NCBI GenBank assembly: GCA_016181305.1
Contig: JACOZN010000015.1
Coordinates: forward strand, 2,205-66,204
Reading direction: 5' to 3'
Source: Candidatus Woesearchaeota archaeon
GTDB lineage: Archaea > Nanobdellota > Nanobdellia > Woesearchaeales > GW2011-AR4
Length of the DNA stretch: 64,000 nucleotides
Position numbers and translations under genes: made by a program. Shown here one piece after another: positions 48,434-58,212 of the stretch (position 1 is its first letter; the number at the start of each line of letters is the position of its first letter). The notes beneath the pieces are model-generated. The model had not been told where the DNA came from and made no database searches. It was given only the letters and a program-made list of their open reading frames with translations.

Positions 48434-49720
48434 ATGAGAGCAATAAAACCTGCAATCTTTGCATTTGCCCTGCTGCTGGCATTATCCAGCGCTCTTGCCT
48501 TTGAAATCAACAGCTCAAACTACAAGCAAAGAGTCATTGTTTCTTCAGGAGGCGAGTCAACATCGAGCTCGTCTTACAAAATAATAAACGTAGTCGGAAC
48601 AATCAACAGCATAATAAGCTCACCGTCGTACACCAACAGGATTGGCTTCCTGCACACGCTTTTACTGGCTGACGGGCAGCCATGCACCTCAGCAAGCCAA
48701 TGCGAAGGCGGCTTCTGCTGCAGCGGCTCATGCACCAGCTCTGCATGCCCAAGCGGCGCTGCCGGCGGCGGGGGAGGCGCAGCTGCAGCTGGAGGAGGAG
48801 GCGGGGACACTCCATTGCTGACAAAGAATTTCAGCGTTGCTCCTACATCAATAGACGAGCAATTGACACTTGGCGAGTCCAGAAAAGTGCCTATTACAAT
48901 AAAGAACACAGGAAATTTTACACTAGACTTCAGTTTGGAGATTTCAACTACTATCAGCGACTTTGTTTCATTGTCTGAAACCTCATTCAGCCTTGTGCCG
49001 GCCCAGGAAAAAATTGTTGATGCAACACTGACTGGAAAGAAGATTGGCTCTTACTTCGGCAGCATAGACATAGCAGGAGATGGCATTCAAAAATCTATTG
49101 ATGTGGTTATAGACATCCAGTCAGAGCAGTCCTTGTTTGATGTCAAAATAGACATACCGCAAGCTTACAAGGAAGTCGAGCCTGGCAAAGAATTGAAGGC
49201 TCAGGTTACGCTGCTTAACATCGGTCCGGCCAAAAAGGTGGATGTTTCCATAACCTACCTGATTAAAGACAAAAATGGGAATGCTGTCCACGAAAGCTCG
49301 GAAATACTTGCCGTGGAAAAGCAAGTGTCTTTTGTAAAATCTTTCAACATGCCTGAAAATGTCCAGCCGGGCGATTATATCCTGACTATTGAAGTCAGGT
49401 ACCAGAACTCGTTTGCTGCAAAAGAAGAGGCTGTAAAAAAAGCCGCAATGTACAGGACAACTGTCATTTCCGGAATTGTTTTTGCAGCGATAATCCTGAT
49501 TATTTTTGCTTATTTGCTGATTCCGAGATTTTCCTGGAGCGTTATGCTTACTGAATGCAGGATGACAATGGGCAAGGCAAAAAGCGCCATAACCAGCAAG
49601 GACATTCCAAGCGCGAGAAGGCTTTACATGGAAGCAAGGAGCATATACGGAAGCCTGAGCCCGGATGAAAAAAGAGAAGTCTACGGCGAACTTATGGATT
49701 TGTACAACAGGCTGAAATAG
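48434..49720 (+). CDS. Secreted surface protein: Cys-rich knot, Gly/Ala linker, Ig-like domains, TM helix, C-terminal helical module
   Basis: Signal peptide, CTSASQCEGGFCCSGSC, GGGGGAAAAGGGG, ITIKNTG, TLLNIG. Confidence 0.7.
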   Translation: MRAIKPAIFAFALLLALSSALAFEINSSNYKQRVIVSSGGESTSSSSYKIINVVGTINSIISSPSYTNRIGFLHTLLLADGQPCTSASQCEGGFCCSGSCTSSACPSGAAGGGGGAAAAGGGGGDTPLLTKNFSVAPTSIDEQLTLGESRKVPITIKNTGNFTLDFSLEISTTISDFVSLSETSFSLVPAQEKIVDATLTGKKIGSYFGSIDIAGDGIQKSIDVVIDIQSEQSLFDVKIDIPQAYKEVEPGKELKAQVTLLNIGPAKKVDVSITYLIKDKNGNAVHESSEILAVEKQVSFVKSFNMPENVQPGDYILTIEVRYQNSFAAKEEAVKKAAMYRTTVISGIVFAAIILIIFAYLLIPRFSWSVMLTECRMTMGKAKSAITSKDIPSARRLYMEARSIYGSLSPDEKREVYGELMDLYNRLK

Positions 49721-49970
49721 TATGCCTTCTTGCTGCGGGCGAAGTGAGCACTCGAGGCTTTATGCCTCTCAAGGTGTTAACTTGCTTTGAAGTTAACCGA
49801 AATCTATTTAAACATCTAAATTTGGTCCTGTTACACTACATTACACTACATGTCGGAAATCAAAGATTTCCGATCACACTCAAAAATTTTTTAATTTTCG
49901 ATGAAAAAGAGGTGGATTTTGATGCATCATCCGGCTGCGTTTTGGCTTATCTATTCTGATTTCTCACGTC

Positions 49971-52634
49971 ATGGGGTGGGGGATTTTGGCGTTTAAGAGA
50001 TATATCCACAGGCATGGAAAAAAGCTCGGGCCTTATTATTATGAAAACATAAGGCAGCCTGGCGGGAGAGTAAAGACAGTTTACATAGGCTCAAATCCAA
50101 GTGAGCACCCAAGGCACAGGCTGAAGAAGCCATTGGTTTTCCTGATTGCAGTGCTGGTTTTAATGCTTGTCCTGGGCGGCGCCTTGTTTCTGCTTCAGAA
50201 CAAGGCGTATCTTGCGCAAAAAGTAAAAGTCCAGGAGCCTGATTTTGATGTTGACCAGATTCTGCTCAAGGTTTTGATAAAAAGCAATGAATTCATAGAG
50301 AAGCAGATAAGGGTTATCAACATAGGAAGCTCCCAAATTGCGGTAAGCGGCAGGGTAATCGGGTTGGAGGACATCATCAGCATAAACCCCGCTTCCTTTT
50401 CCATAAAGCCCGGGCAGACAAAAATCGTCAGCCTGAATTTCTCGTCCTTTATATCAAGGCAGGGAATAGAGCAGCAGCCAGGCGTTTACGTCGGCAAGCT
50501 TGCACTGAATTCAGAAAAGGCAGCAAAGGAAATTCCTGTTGTCCTTGAAATTGAGACAAAAAATGTCCTGTTTGACATAAATCTGAACCCGGTTGCCATT
50601 GAAAGGAGGATAAAGCAGGGAGCTGAAGCTACAATTGAGGTCAGGCTGTTCAATCTTGAAAGCATAGAGTCTCAAAATGTTGATGTGGAGTACTTTGTCA
50701 AGGACATGGACGGAAACACTATCCTGACAGAAAGCGAGACAGTTGTCGTCAAGACTCAGGCGTCATTCTTCAAGACGATATCGGTGCCGAAAAACCTCAA
50801 GCCCGGCTTGTACGTGTTTGCCGCATATATAAGGTTCGGCAGTTCAGTCGGCACAGCAAGCTATTTGTTCGAGGTTACTGGGCCTGAAGAGGCAAGCTTT
50901 GCCCAATTCTGCACAGGCAGCGTGCTTTGCCTTGCATTGTCGCTGACAACAATACTCCTCTTGTTCGTATTGACTGCGTATTTTTACTTTTTTATAGGAG
51001 CGTACCTGTACGAGAAGGTGACAGGCTTTGTCGCGCCTCCGGGAAAAAAAGAAAAGCCTGCAGCTGCAAAAGAAAAAGTGAAAGAGGCAGAAAAGCCAGG
51101 CATTTTTTACAAGATAAAGGGCAGGCTTGACAAATGGAACAAAGAAAGGAGCAAGAAAAGAGCTGAAAAAGAAAGGAAGCAGGCTGAAAAAAGAGATATG
51201 GAACTTGAGGAGGGTCTAAAAGAACTGGAAATTGAAAAACAGTTAAAGTATCCTAAGCCTGAGCTGAAAGAAGCAAAAGCATCAGGCAAGCTAAATAAGT
51301 TTTACAAGCTGGCAGAAGGCTTGGATGATGCCGTTGAAGGCAGGGATATTTCCAAAGCGGACATCCTGTACACAAAAGCAAAAGAATCCTACGAATCTTT
51401 GGAAAAGCAGGAGCAAAAGGAAGCCTACAGCAGATTAACAGAGCTTTCCAAGAAAAGGGATAATTTGCTGGAAGAGGCAAAACAGCAGGAAAAACTCAGG
51501 GAAAAGGAAGAAAAAAAGGCAAAAGAAGAGCTCGAGAGAAGGCAAAATGAACTCGAAAGGCAGAAGGCTGTTGAGGAAAGGCAAAGGCTTGAGGATGAAA
51601 GAAGGAAAGAAAAAGAGGAAGAGGAAATAAAGAAAAAAGAACTGAGGGCTGCCGAGAGAAAAAAGAAATTCAGTGATTTTTTCAGCAAAATCGGGCTCCG
51701 CAGCATGCTGGAAAAAAGGAAGCAGCTTGCCCTGGAGAAAGAGCAAAAGGATATACTTGAGGATTTAAAGCGGAAAGATCAGGAGAAAAAGGAAGAAACT
51801 GAAACAAAGGATGATAAAAAGCAAAAAACTGCTGGAAAGAAAAAGACAAAACATGAAGAGAAGCAGGCCGAGGAGCCTGAAGAAAAACCTATTTTAGGAG
51901 CTATTGAGGAAAAAAAGCCAGAAAAGAAAAAATTATTCTCAGGATTCGCGGCATTGTTCAAGAAAGAGCCAAAATCTGAGTTGGAAGATGATTTTGAAAG
52001 GGCTGAAGAGGAAAAGCCGGCTGCGGAAGAGCAGATGATATCTGCGACTGCTGAGAAAGAAGAGGAACCGGCTGAAAAGCAAAAAAGAGCCAGGAAAGAA
52101 AAAAAGCCAGAAAAGCAAAAGCCGAAAAGCGAGGTTGAGGAGCTTGAAGAAGCCATAAGAAGCCTGGGGCTGTTTAAGAAAATAGAAACAGGAAAAATAA
52201 AGCCTACGGGAAAGCTGCTGGAGGAAAAGCCAGGCCTGCTTAAAAGAATATTCAGGAAAAAGGAAGAATCACCAGAGAGGGCGATTGAGGAAGCGCCGGC
52301 AGAGGAAATAAAACAGGAAAAGCCAGCAGTAGCCAGAGAAAGCGTCTTTAAAAGGATGTTCAGGAAGAAAGAGAAAGCGCCGGAAATTCAGGCGGAAACA
52401 TCTGAAAGGGCGGAGGTGAAGCCTGAGGAAGCAAAGCCCGAAATGGCTAAAAGCAGAAAGCTTGAGAAATGCCTTAATGCCCTGAATAAAACCAAGGAAG
52501 CAATCGGCAAAAATAATTATTCAAAGGCCAAGAAGATTTATGTCGAGGCAAGAGAGCTCTACATTGGACTCGGGGACAATGAGAAAAAAGAGGTTTATGA
52601 CAAGCTTATGGAGCTGTACAACAGGCTAAAGTAG
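49971..52634 (+). CDS. Large membrane protein: basic N-terminal motif, Ig-like domains, K/E-rich cytoplasmic tail, two helical modules
   Basis: KRYIHRHGKKLGPYYYE...VYIG, TM helices, low-complexity tail. Confidence 0.7.
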   Translation: MGWGILAFKRYIHRHGKKLGPYYYENIRQPGGRVKTVYIGSNPSEHPRHRLKKPLVFLIAVLVLMLVLGGALFLLQNKAYLAQKVKVQEPDFDVDQILLKVLIKSNEFIEKQIRVINIGSSQIAVSGRVIGLEDIISINPASFSIKPGQTKIVSLNFSSFISRQGIEQQPGVYVGKLALNSEKAAKEIPVVLEIETKNVLFDINLNPVAIERRIKQGAEATIEVRLFNLESIESQNVDVEYFVKDMDGNTILTESETVVVKTQASFFKTISVPKNLKPGLYVFAAYIRFGSSVGTASYLFEVTGPEEASFAQFCTGSVLCLALSLTTILLLFVLTAYFYFFIGAYLYEKVTGFVAPPGKKEKPAAAKEKVKEAEKPGIFYKIKGRLDKWNKERSKKRAEKERKQAEKRDMELEEGLKELEIEKQLKYPKPELKEAKASGKLNKFYKLAEGLDDAVEGRDISKADILYTKAKESYESLEKQEQKEAYSRLTELSKKRDNLLEEAKQQEKLREKEEKKAKEELERRQNELERQKAVEERQRLEDERRKEKEEEEIKKKELRAAERKKKFSDFFSKIGLRSMLEKRKQLALEKEQKDILEDLKRKDQEKKEETETKDDKKQKTAGKKKTKHEEKQAEEPEEKPILGAIEEKKPEKKKLFSGFAALFKKEPKSELEDDFERAEEEKPAAEEQMISATAEKEEEPAEKQKRARKEKKPEKQKPKSEVEELEEAIRSLGLFKKIETGKIKPTGKLLEEKPGLLKRIFRKKEESPERAIEEAPAEEIKQEKPAVARESVFKRMFRKKEKAPEIQAETSERAEVKPEEAKPEMAKSRKLEKCLNALNKTKEAIGKNNYSKAKKIYVEARELYIGLGDNEKKEVYDKLMELYNRLK

Positions 52635-52636
52635 CT

Positions 52637-52825
52637 TTACTTGCCTTTTTGCTGTTCGGATTTCTGCAAATCAACTCCAAGCTCCTGCAGGCTTTTGACG
52701 TGCATCTGCATAAGCTGCTCAACTATTGAAAGAATCTTGAGCATTTCCTCCCTTTCCTTTGCAAGTGTTGTCAGGGCGCCTTTGTGAAAGCCAATCTGCT
52801 CGTCCCTGCCTACGCCTTTATCCAT
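52637..52825 (-). CDS. Small hypothetical coiled-coil protein
   Basis: FHKGALTTLAKERE...MHVKSLQELG; fills the intergenic gap. Confidence 0.55.
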   Translation of the reverse strand: MDKGVGRDEQIGFHKGALTTLAKEREEMLKILSIVEQLMQMHVKSLQELGVDLQKSEQQKGK

Positions 52826-52899
52826 AAAATGAAATAAAAGAAGGGTGTATTTAAGAGTTTCTGAAAAACATTTTTAAAGTCAATAAATTACTGCCGCTC

Positions 52900-53808
52900 A
52901 TGACTCAAATTTTAGGCATTGTAAAGGAGGGCAGGCTCATCCCGGAGGACTTGTGGATAAAGTTTGTGAATAGCTTCGAAAACAATTTTGAAACTCTTGA
53001 GACAAACAACGAAAGGGCTAAAAGAGAGCTTGCAGAGGCTATAATTAATACAATCAAAAAAAGGATTGCAGCAAGAGCAGGTGTGCTTTTTTCTGGCGGC
53101 GTTGACAGCTCCTTGATAGCATTTGTCCTGAAAAAATTAAATTGTAGTTTTACGTGCTACACTGTAGGAATTGAAGGCTCTGATGACATTGCATGGGCGA
53201 AAAAAGTTGCAGAGGAATACGGGTTTAATTTTAAGTATAAATTATTGAATTTAAATGAGCTAGAGATTGTTTTAAAAAGCGTAATTAAAATATTGAATGA
53301 CGCGGACATTGTAAAAGCAAGCGTAGGCTCGGTTTTGTACGCAGGAGGAAAACTGGCAATTTCAGACAATAACAATGTACTTTTCGGCGGCTTGGGAAGC
53401 GAAGAGATATTTGCCGGATACAGGAGGCATGAGGAAGCTTTGCAGGAAAATAACTTTGAGGCATTGCATAAAGAGTGCTGGAACGGCCTGAAGAACATGT
53501 GGAAAAGGGACTTGACAAGGGATTTTGCAATTGCAAAGCATCTTGGGCTGGACTTAAGAACGCCGTTTTTGGACAAGGACTTGGTAAAGGCTGCAATGAG
53601 CATACACCCAATGTTTAAGCTTGACAAAGAAAATAAAAAAATAATATTGAGGGAGGCTGCCGAGTTCATCGGCCTGAAGAAGGAGTTTGCCTGGCGCAGG
53701 AAGCAGGCTGCACAGTACGGCAGCAATTTCGTCAACGGGATCGAAAAATTAGCTAAAAAGAACGGCTTTAAATTCAAGAAAGACTATTTGCAGAGTTTGC
53801 TGAAATGA
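52900..53808 (+). CDS. Asparagine synthase C-terminal domain protein (no glutaminase domain)
   Basis: LFSGGVDSS, GLGSEEIFAGY, LRTPFLD, WRRKQAAQYGS. Confidence 0.85.
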   Translation: MTQILGIVKEGRLIPEDLWIKFVNSFENNFETLETNNERAKRELAEAIINTIKKRIAARAGVLFSGGVDSSLIAFVLKKLNCSFTCYTVGIEGSDDIAWAKKVAEEYGFNFKYKLLNLNELEIVLKSVIKILNDADIVKASVGSVLYAGGKLAISDNNNVLFGGLGSEEIFAGYRRHEEALQENNFEALHKECWNGLKNMWKRDLTRDFAIAKHLGLDLRTPFLDKDLVKAAMSIHPMFKLDKENKKIILREAAEFIGLKKEFAWRRKQAAQYGSNFVNGIEKLAKKNGFKFKKDYLQSLLK

Positions 53809-54218
53809 TTTACAAATTCAATGCTTACGGGCATCAGAATATCCTTGGAAACCATAAAACAACTTTGGAGTTCACAAGGGACAAGGAGGTCAGCCTGAAA
53901 GGAGACTGCATTATTGGGGTAAATGCCGATTTCGACTTGGACAAGCTAAAGGAGTTCATTAAAAAATCAAATAATAAGAAAGTTACAATTGCAATACTTC
54001 CATTCCAAAAAAATAAAAAAATCAAAGAAACAATATCTGCTGAGATTAACCCCGACTTTAACAATGGCAGGGAACTGGTAATAAGAAAAACCGGTTTCAT
54101 CTCAGAAAGGACTTTTGCTATAAACTCAAATAAGGCAGCTTTTGAGCTGAAAAGAGATATAATAGGATTTTTAAAAGAAAAAAAGAGCAGAATAAGGATT
54201 GTTATGAGGAATAACTGA
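53805..54218 (+). CDS. DUF371 family protein
   Basis: GHQNILGNHKTTLEFT, GDCIIGV, SNKAA. Confidence 0.85.
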   Translation: MIYKFNAYGHQNILGNHKTTLEFTRDKEVSLKGDCIIGVNADFDLDKLKEFIKKSNNKKVTIAILPFQKNKKIKETISAEINPDFNNGRELVIRKTGFISERTFAINSNKAAFELKRDIIGFLKEKKSRIRIVMRNN

Positions 54219-54224
54219 CCTTAC

Positions 54225-54680
54225 CTAAATCACATTTACCCTTCTCGTCTTCCCAACGTAATTCAAAATCTTGTTATCTGTGCATTTCCCGGTTCCGAGA
54301 AAATCGCCCTTATGCTTTAAAATAACAAATCCACTGCAGCCTTTGCATTCTTTCTCCAGATCCCCGCCCTTAAACCATAATTTTGTCTCGTCTTCATCCA
54401 GTTCAATAATATTTTTTGCGGCTTTTGGCCCTATAATCTGGCTGCCCTCAATGCTTAGCCTTATGCCTTTGCTGTCAATCTCGCAAAAGTACATCCCGAC
54501 TGAATTTAACCTCAATTTTGAAGTGTCAATTTTCGAGATATCCCTGCTTACAACAAAAATCCTGCCTTTATTATTTTTCAAAAAACCATAATCAAGCTTT
54601 GGCTTTGCGCCCCACTGCTTTTCAATAAGCTTGAGGGTTTCCTTTATCTCCCCGCTGTTCAATATCTTCAGTTCAGGCAT
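54225..54680 (-). CDS. NIP7/RsmF-C-like PUA-associated protein
   Basis: LRLNSVGMYF, IRLSIEGSQIIG, GDFLGTGK. Confidence 0.7.
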   Translation of the reverse strand: MPELKILNSGEIKETLKLIEKQWGAKPKLDYGFLKNNKGRIFVVSRDISKIDTSKLRLNSVGMYFCEIDSKGIRLSIEGSQIIGPKAAKNIIELDEDETKLWFKGGDLEKECKGCSGFVILKHKGDFLGTGKCTDNKILNYVGKTRRVNVI

Positions 54681-54717
54681 TTTAATTCTTTAATTATTTT
54701 ATAGAACTTAACAAATC

Positions 54718-55668
54718 TCAGTCAAACTTCATAACCCTTCCTTCAAAGTCTTCTTTCATAAGCAAAACAACCCTTGAAGGCTCGTGCTCGTCCACAAGCC
54801 TGTAACCAGCATGCCTTGCTATCTCAAGCGCAAATTGCCTCACTTCATCATGCAAGGGCATGTTCTCCTGCTCCAGCCTTTCCCTTGACATGCCAACCCA
54901 CATGTAGGCTTTGACTTCGACGAACATTGGCTGGCTCATTTTTATTATCTGGGCCCACTGCCCGGGATAAACCATATTCATGCCCTTGATCAGCGTAAAC
55001 CTTAGCACAGTCCTCATTTTTTCCCTCAGCTTTGGAAGCATGCCCAATGTTTTCACAAGCCCCTGCCACGCATTCTTTATGATGGGCCTGTCAATTACAT
55101 TAAATAACTCTTCATTAGGCGCGTCAACGGATATGTAAAGCTGTGTCGGAGGCTCTTCCAGCAGCTTTTCAATCCTTTCGGGCAGCAAGCCGTTGCTCAC
55201 GACAAATGTCGAGAAGTTCCTTTTCCTGTACTCATTTACCAGTTCAGCAAGCTTTGGGTACAAAGTCGGCTCGCCGTCAAGGCTTATTGCAACATGCTGC
55301 GGCGCCATTGCCCTTTCAAATTTTTCACTTGGTGTTTTTTCATTGCCGCCAAAACCCGAGAGCAGCCTTCTCTGCGCTTCAATAGTGCCTTCAACGATGT
55401 CAGCAGGCTTGTCTATCCCGTTTTCCATCGCAGGCTCTGTGTGGTACCTTAAATCGCGCCAGCAGAATACGCATGCATTGTTGCATGTAAAAGTGGGGGT
55501 CATCTGTATGCACTGGTGGCTGTTGATGCCGTAAAACCTGCTTTTATAGCAGCCGCCTTCACCCCTCAAGTCGCTTTTAGTCCAGTGGCAGGTTTTGACT
55601 CTGGAATGGCTGCCAACTGTCTCGTACTGCTGCCTCTTGAGGATAAGCCTGACATCTGCCGTAATCAT
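54718..55668 (-). CDS. taw1: 4-demethylwyosine synthase (radical SAM)
   Basis: VKTCHW, YGINSHQC, CNNACVFCWR, AISLDGEPTLY, FVEVKAY. Confidence 0.93.
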   Translation of the reverse strand: MITADVRLILKRQQYETVGSHSRVKTCHWTKSDLRGEGGCYKSRFYGINSHQCIQMTPTFTCNNACVFCWRDLRYHTEPAMENGIDKPADIVEGTIEAQRRLLSGFGGNEKTPSEKFERAMAPQHVAISLDGEPTLYPKLAELVNEYRKRNFSTFVVSNGLLPERIEKLLEEPPTQLYISVDAPNEELFNVIDRPIIKNAWQGLVKTLGMLPKLREKMRTVLRFTLIKGMNMVYPGQWAQIIKMSQPMFVEVKAYMWVGMSRERLEQENMPLHDEVRQFALEIARHAGYRLVDEHEPSRVVLLMKEDFEGRVMKFD

Positions 55669-55720
55669 AATCCCGGCAAAGATACAAATCTATATAAATA
55701 TTGGGCTTTTTAGGCATATT

Positions 55721-56224
55721 ATGGACTTGAAGCCTGCATTAAAAAAGCTTGAGGAAAGCCGCGAATTCAGAGACTGGCGCCAAAAGAACAAAGACACTTA
55801 CTTTTCTTACGCATTCAAGATTCCGCAGGAAATGAACCCAGACGACTGGCAGATGGGATTCTACAGCAAGAAAAAAGACAGGATAACTGCATTTGTCATG
55901 GCAGGAGGCAGAGTCAATATAAGGCCCGAAGAGGATGTGTTCAAAAAAGAAGATGCGCAGGTCCATCAGGTGCAGATAGGAAAAGTAAAGGTGACATTCA
56001 GTGATGCCATGGCAAAAGCCGGAGAATTCCAGCAAAAAAATTTCCCGAAAGACAGTAGCGTAAAAACTATCGCAATACTCCAAAACATGCCCGGGCTTGG
56101 CAACATATGGAATGTAACATATGTAACTGAGGCTTTCAACACGCTTAACATAAAAATCGATGCATCCAATGGCAGGGTGCTTGAGCATCATATAGCATCT
56201 GTTTTTTCTTTTCGAAAAGAATAG
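55721..56224 (+). CDS. Hypothetical protein (PepSY-like C-terminus)
   Basis: Probable start MDLKPALKKLEES; WNVTY...IKIDASNG. Confidence 0.55.
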   Translation: MDLKPALKKLEESREFRDWRQKNKDTYFSYAFKIPQEMNPDDWQMGFYSKKKDRITAFVMAGGRVNIRPEEDVFKKEDAQVHQVQIGKVKVTFSDAMAKAGEFQQKNFPKDSSVKTIAILQNMPGLGNIWNVTYVTEAFNTLNIKIDASNGRVLEHHIASVFSFRKE

Positions 56225-56307
56225 TCATAATATGGATTAGCGAAACTATATTTCTAAATTGCGAATTCTTTAAATATAAGCTAGCCCAGAAAAAATCAGT
56301 TTTCTTT

Positions 56308-56745
56308 GTGGTTAAAATGCTGAAAGTGAAAATAAAAACATCTGCCGATGCAAAAATCCCTTCCTATGCCCACAAAGGCGATTCAGGGATGGATTTGTAC
56401 TCAGCAGAGGAATGCCTGCTTGAGCCAATGGAAAGAAGGCTTGTTGCAACAGGCATAAAGATTGCAATTCCTCTTGGTTATGAAGCCCAGATAAGGCCAA
56501 AATCCGGCTTGGCTTTGCAGGGAATAAGCCATGCAAACAGCATAGGCACAATAGACTCAAGCTACAGGGGAGAGATAAAGATTCCATTGATTAACTTTGG
56601 CAATAAGGCTTACAAAATAGAAAAAGGAAAGAAGATAGGGCAGATGGTGTTTGCCAAGGTTGAGGAAGCAATTTTTGAAGAATCTGACGAGCTAGATAAA
56701 ACAACAAGGAATGAGCAGGGGTTTGGAAGCACGGGTTTAGATTAA
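56308..56745 (+). CDS. dut: Trimeric dUTPase
   Basis: SGMDL, RPKSGLA, GTIDSSYRGEI, RNEQGFGSTG. Confidence 0.95.
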   Translation: MVKMLKVKIKTSADAKIPSYAHKGDSGMDLYSAEECLLEPMERRLVATGIKIAIPLGYEAQIRPKSGLALQGISHANSIGTIDSSYRGEIKIPLINFGNKAYKIEKGKKIGQMVFAKVEEAIFEESDELDKTTRNEQGFGSTGLD

Positions 56746-56941
56746 AAAAGGTGGGATTTTGAAAGACACAAGCAAGCCTATAAGGTTCAAGACAATACAG
56801 AAAAACACAAAGCTGGCTGAGTTTGCTGCTGAGGAAAGCGAGGAACTTGCTGCAGATAAGCAAAAGCCTGTAAAGTGACTTTCCTACTTCTAAGTGATTA
56901 ACTGCAAAAGGTTTAAAAACACATAGGTATCACTTGGCTTT

Positions 56942-57325
56942 ATGGGTGGTTTAGGCAGGAAGGCGGAAGCAGGGCTTGTAATAATATTGGTTGCCATAAT
57001 AGTGCTCTTTTTTTTCGGCTGGCTGATCAACATAGGGCAGAGGGAGTGCAAAAGCAACAAAGACTGCGGCTCAGAGGCATATTGCGGCTCTGATTTTGCG
57101 TGCCACCAATACCCAAACATTCAGAAGACAATCGTCCAGTACAGCCTGTTCTGGCCTGCCGTGATTATTGGAATTGCGATAGTGGCTGCAGCTTTTATAA
57201 TAAAATTTGGCTGGCTAAAGCCTGTAAAATCAGAAACTCAGAAAATCATCATTAAAGAGCCTGAAGAAGTAGTGGAAATTTCAGAGCCTTACTATAAAAG
57301 CGGAAGCAACGCCAAAACTCCTTAA
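56942..57325 (+). CDS. Two-TM protein with a small Cys-rich loop
   Basis: ECKSNKDCGSEAYCGSDFACH between two TM segments. Confidence 0.6.
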   Translation: MGGLGRKAEAGLVIILVAIIVLFFFGWLINIGQRECKSNKDCGSEAYCGSDFACHQYPNIQKTIVQYSLFWPAVIIGIAIVAAAFIIKFGWLKPVKSETQKIIIKEPEEVVEISEPYYKSGSNAKTP

Positions 57326-57942
57326 ACAATCTTGTCAACTTCCTTTTTCACATTCTCAAAAACTATTCTTAGCGGCTTTGAAGAGTCTATTATTTTTATA
57401 TTGTCGCTTAACAGCCTAGGCAGCTTTAGGAAATTCTGCCTTATACCCTTCATGAACTCAAGCTGCTCAAACTTTTCCTTCTTCCTGTACTCTATCCTTT
57501 CAAGGGCAATTGAAGGCTCGACATCAAGAATAAATGCTATGTCGGGCTTCCTGAAAGGCGTGTTTCTGGAAATTATATCCTTTGTGTCCAAGCCCTGCGC
57601 CCCCTGAAACGCGATTGTTGAATAGTAATACCGGTCGCACAGCACAATATTCAATTCGTGCTTATTTGACTTTTTTAAAAACGGCCCTATAACATTTTTT
57701 AAGTGCTCCCGCCTGTCTTTTACAAACAATTCCATGAGATTCTTGCTGCTGCTTAATGGATTTTTTTCCTTCCTCAGCATTTCCCTTATTTGCTTGCCAT
57801 AAATGCCATTTGTCGGCTCCCTTGTTGTCAGCAGACTATATTTCTTGTTTCTTGAGAACAGGTAGTTATGGAGCATTTTCACTGTCTCGCTCTTGCCGGA
57901 GCCGTCAATGCCGTCAATAACAATAAAAATGCCTTTTTTCAT
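57322..57942 (-). CDS. tmk: Thymidylate kinase
   Basis: DGIDGSGKS, TREPT, CDRYYYSTIAFQG, KPD. Confidence 0.95.
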   Translation of the reverse strand: MKKGIFIVIDGIDGSGKSETVKMLHNYLFSRNKKYSLLTTREPTNGIYGKQIREMLRKEKNPLSSSKNLMELFVKDRREHLKNVIGPFLKKSNKHELNIVLCDRYYYSTIAFQGAQGLDTKDIISRNTPFRKPDIAFILDVEPSIALERIEYRKKEKFEQLEFMKGIRQNFLKLPRLLSDNIKIIDSSKPLRIVFENVKKEVDKIV

Positions 57943-58212
57943 GCATTTTGAGATTTCTGTTTCATTTATTAAGTTTGTGTATAGGATTAATCAGGTTTAT
58001 CAATAATATGTCTATTATAAAAATAAAATAATTGGCGACCAATGCAAAGCAGAGGTTTAATGGGTGCCCGCAATAAAATTTGCACTATATTGCTTTGCTT
58101 TAAAGTGCAGGAATAAAAAGCGGATTACTTCAATCACTAATACGTTCAGAAGTCGCTCTCGTAATTGTTTTAATTATTAGTCAGTCGTCTTATCTAAAGG
58201 AGTATATCGAAT

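Noticed and set aside
49761-49812. Third copy of the island boundary element (TGCCTCTCA, GGTGT, GAAATCTATT)
   Set aside because: The matches are only 5-10 nt and not in the conserved order, so they are compatible with chance.
51050-52450. K/E-rich stretch as a tandem DNA repeat
   Set aside because: It is low-complexity coding sequence with no fixed repeat unit.
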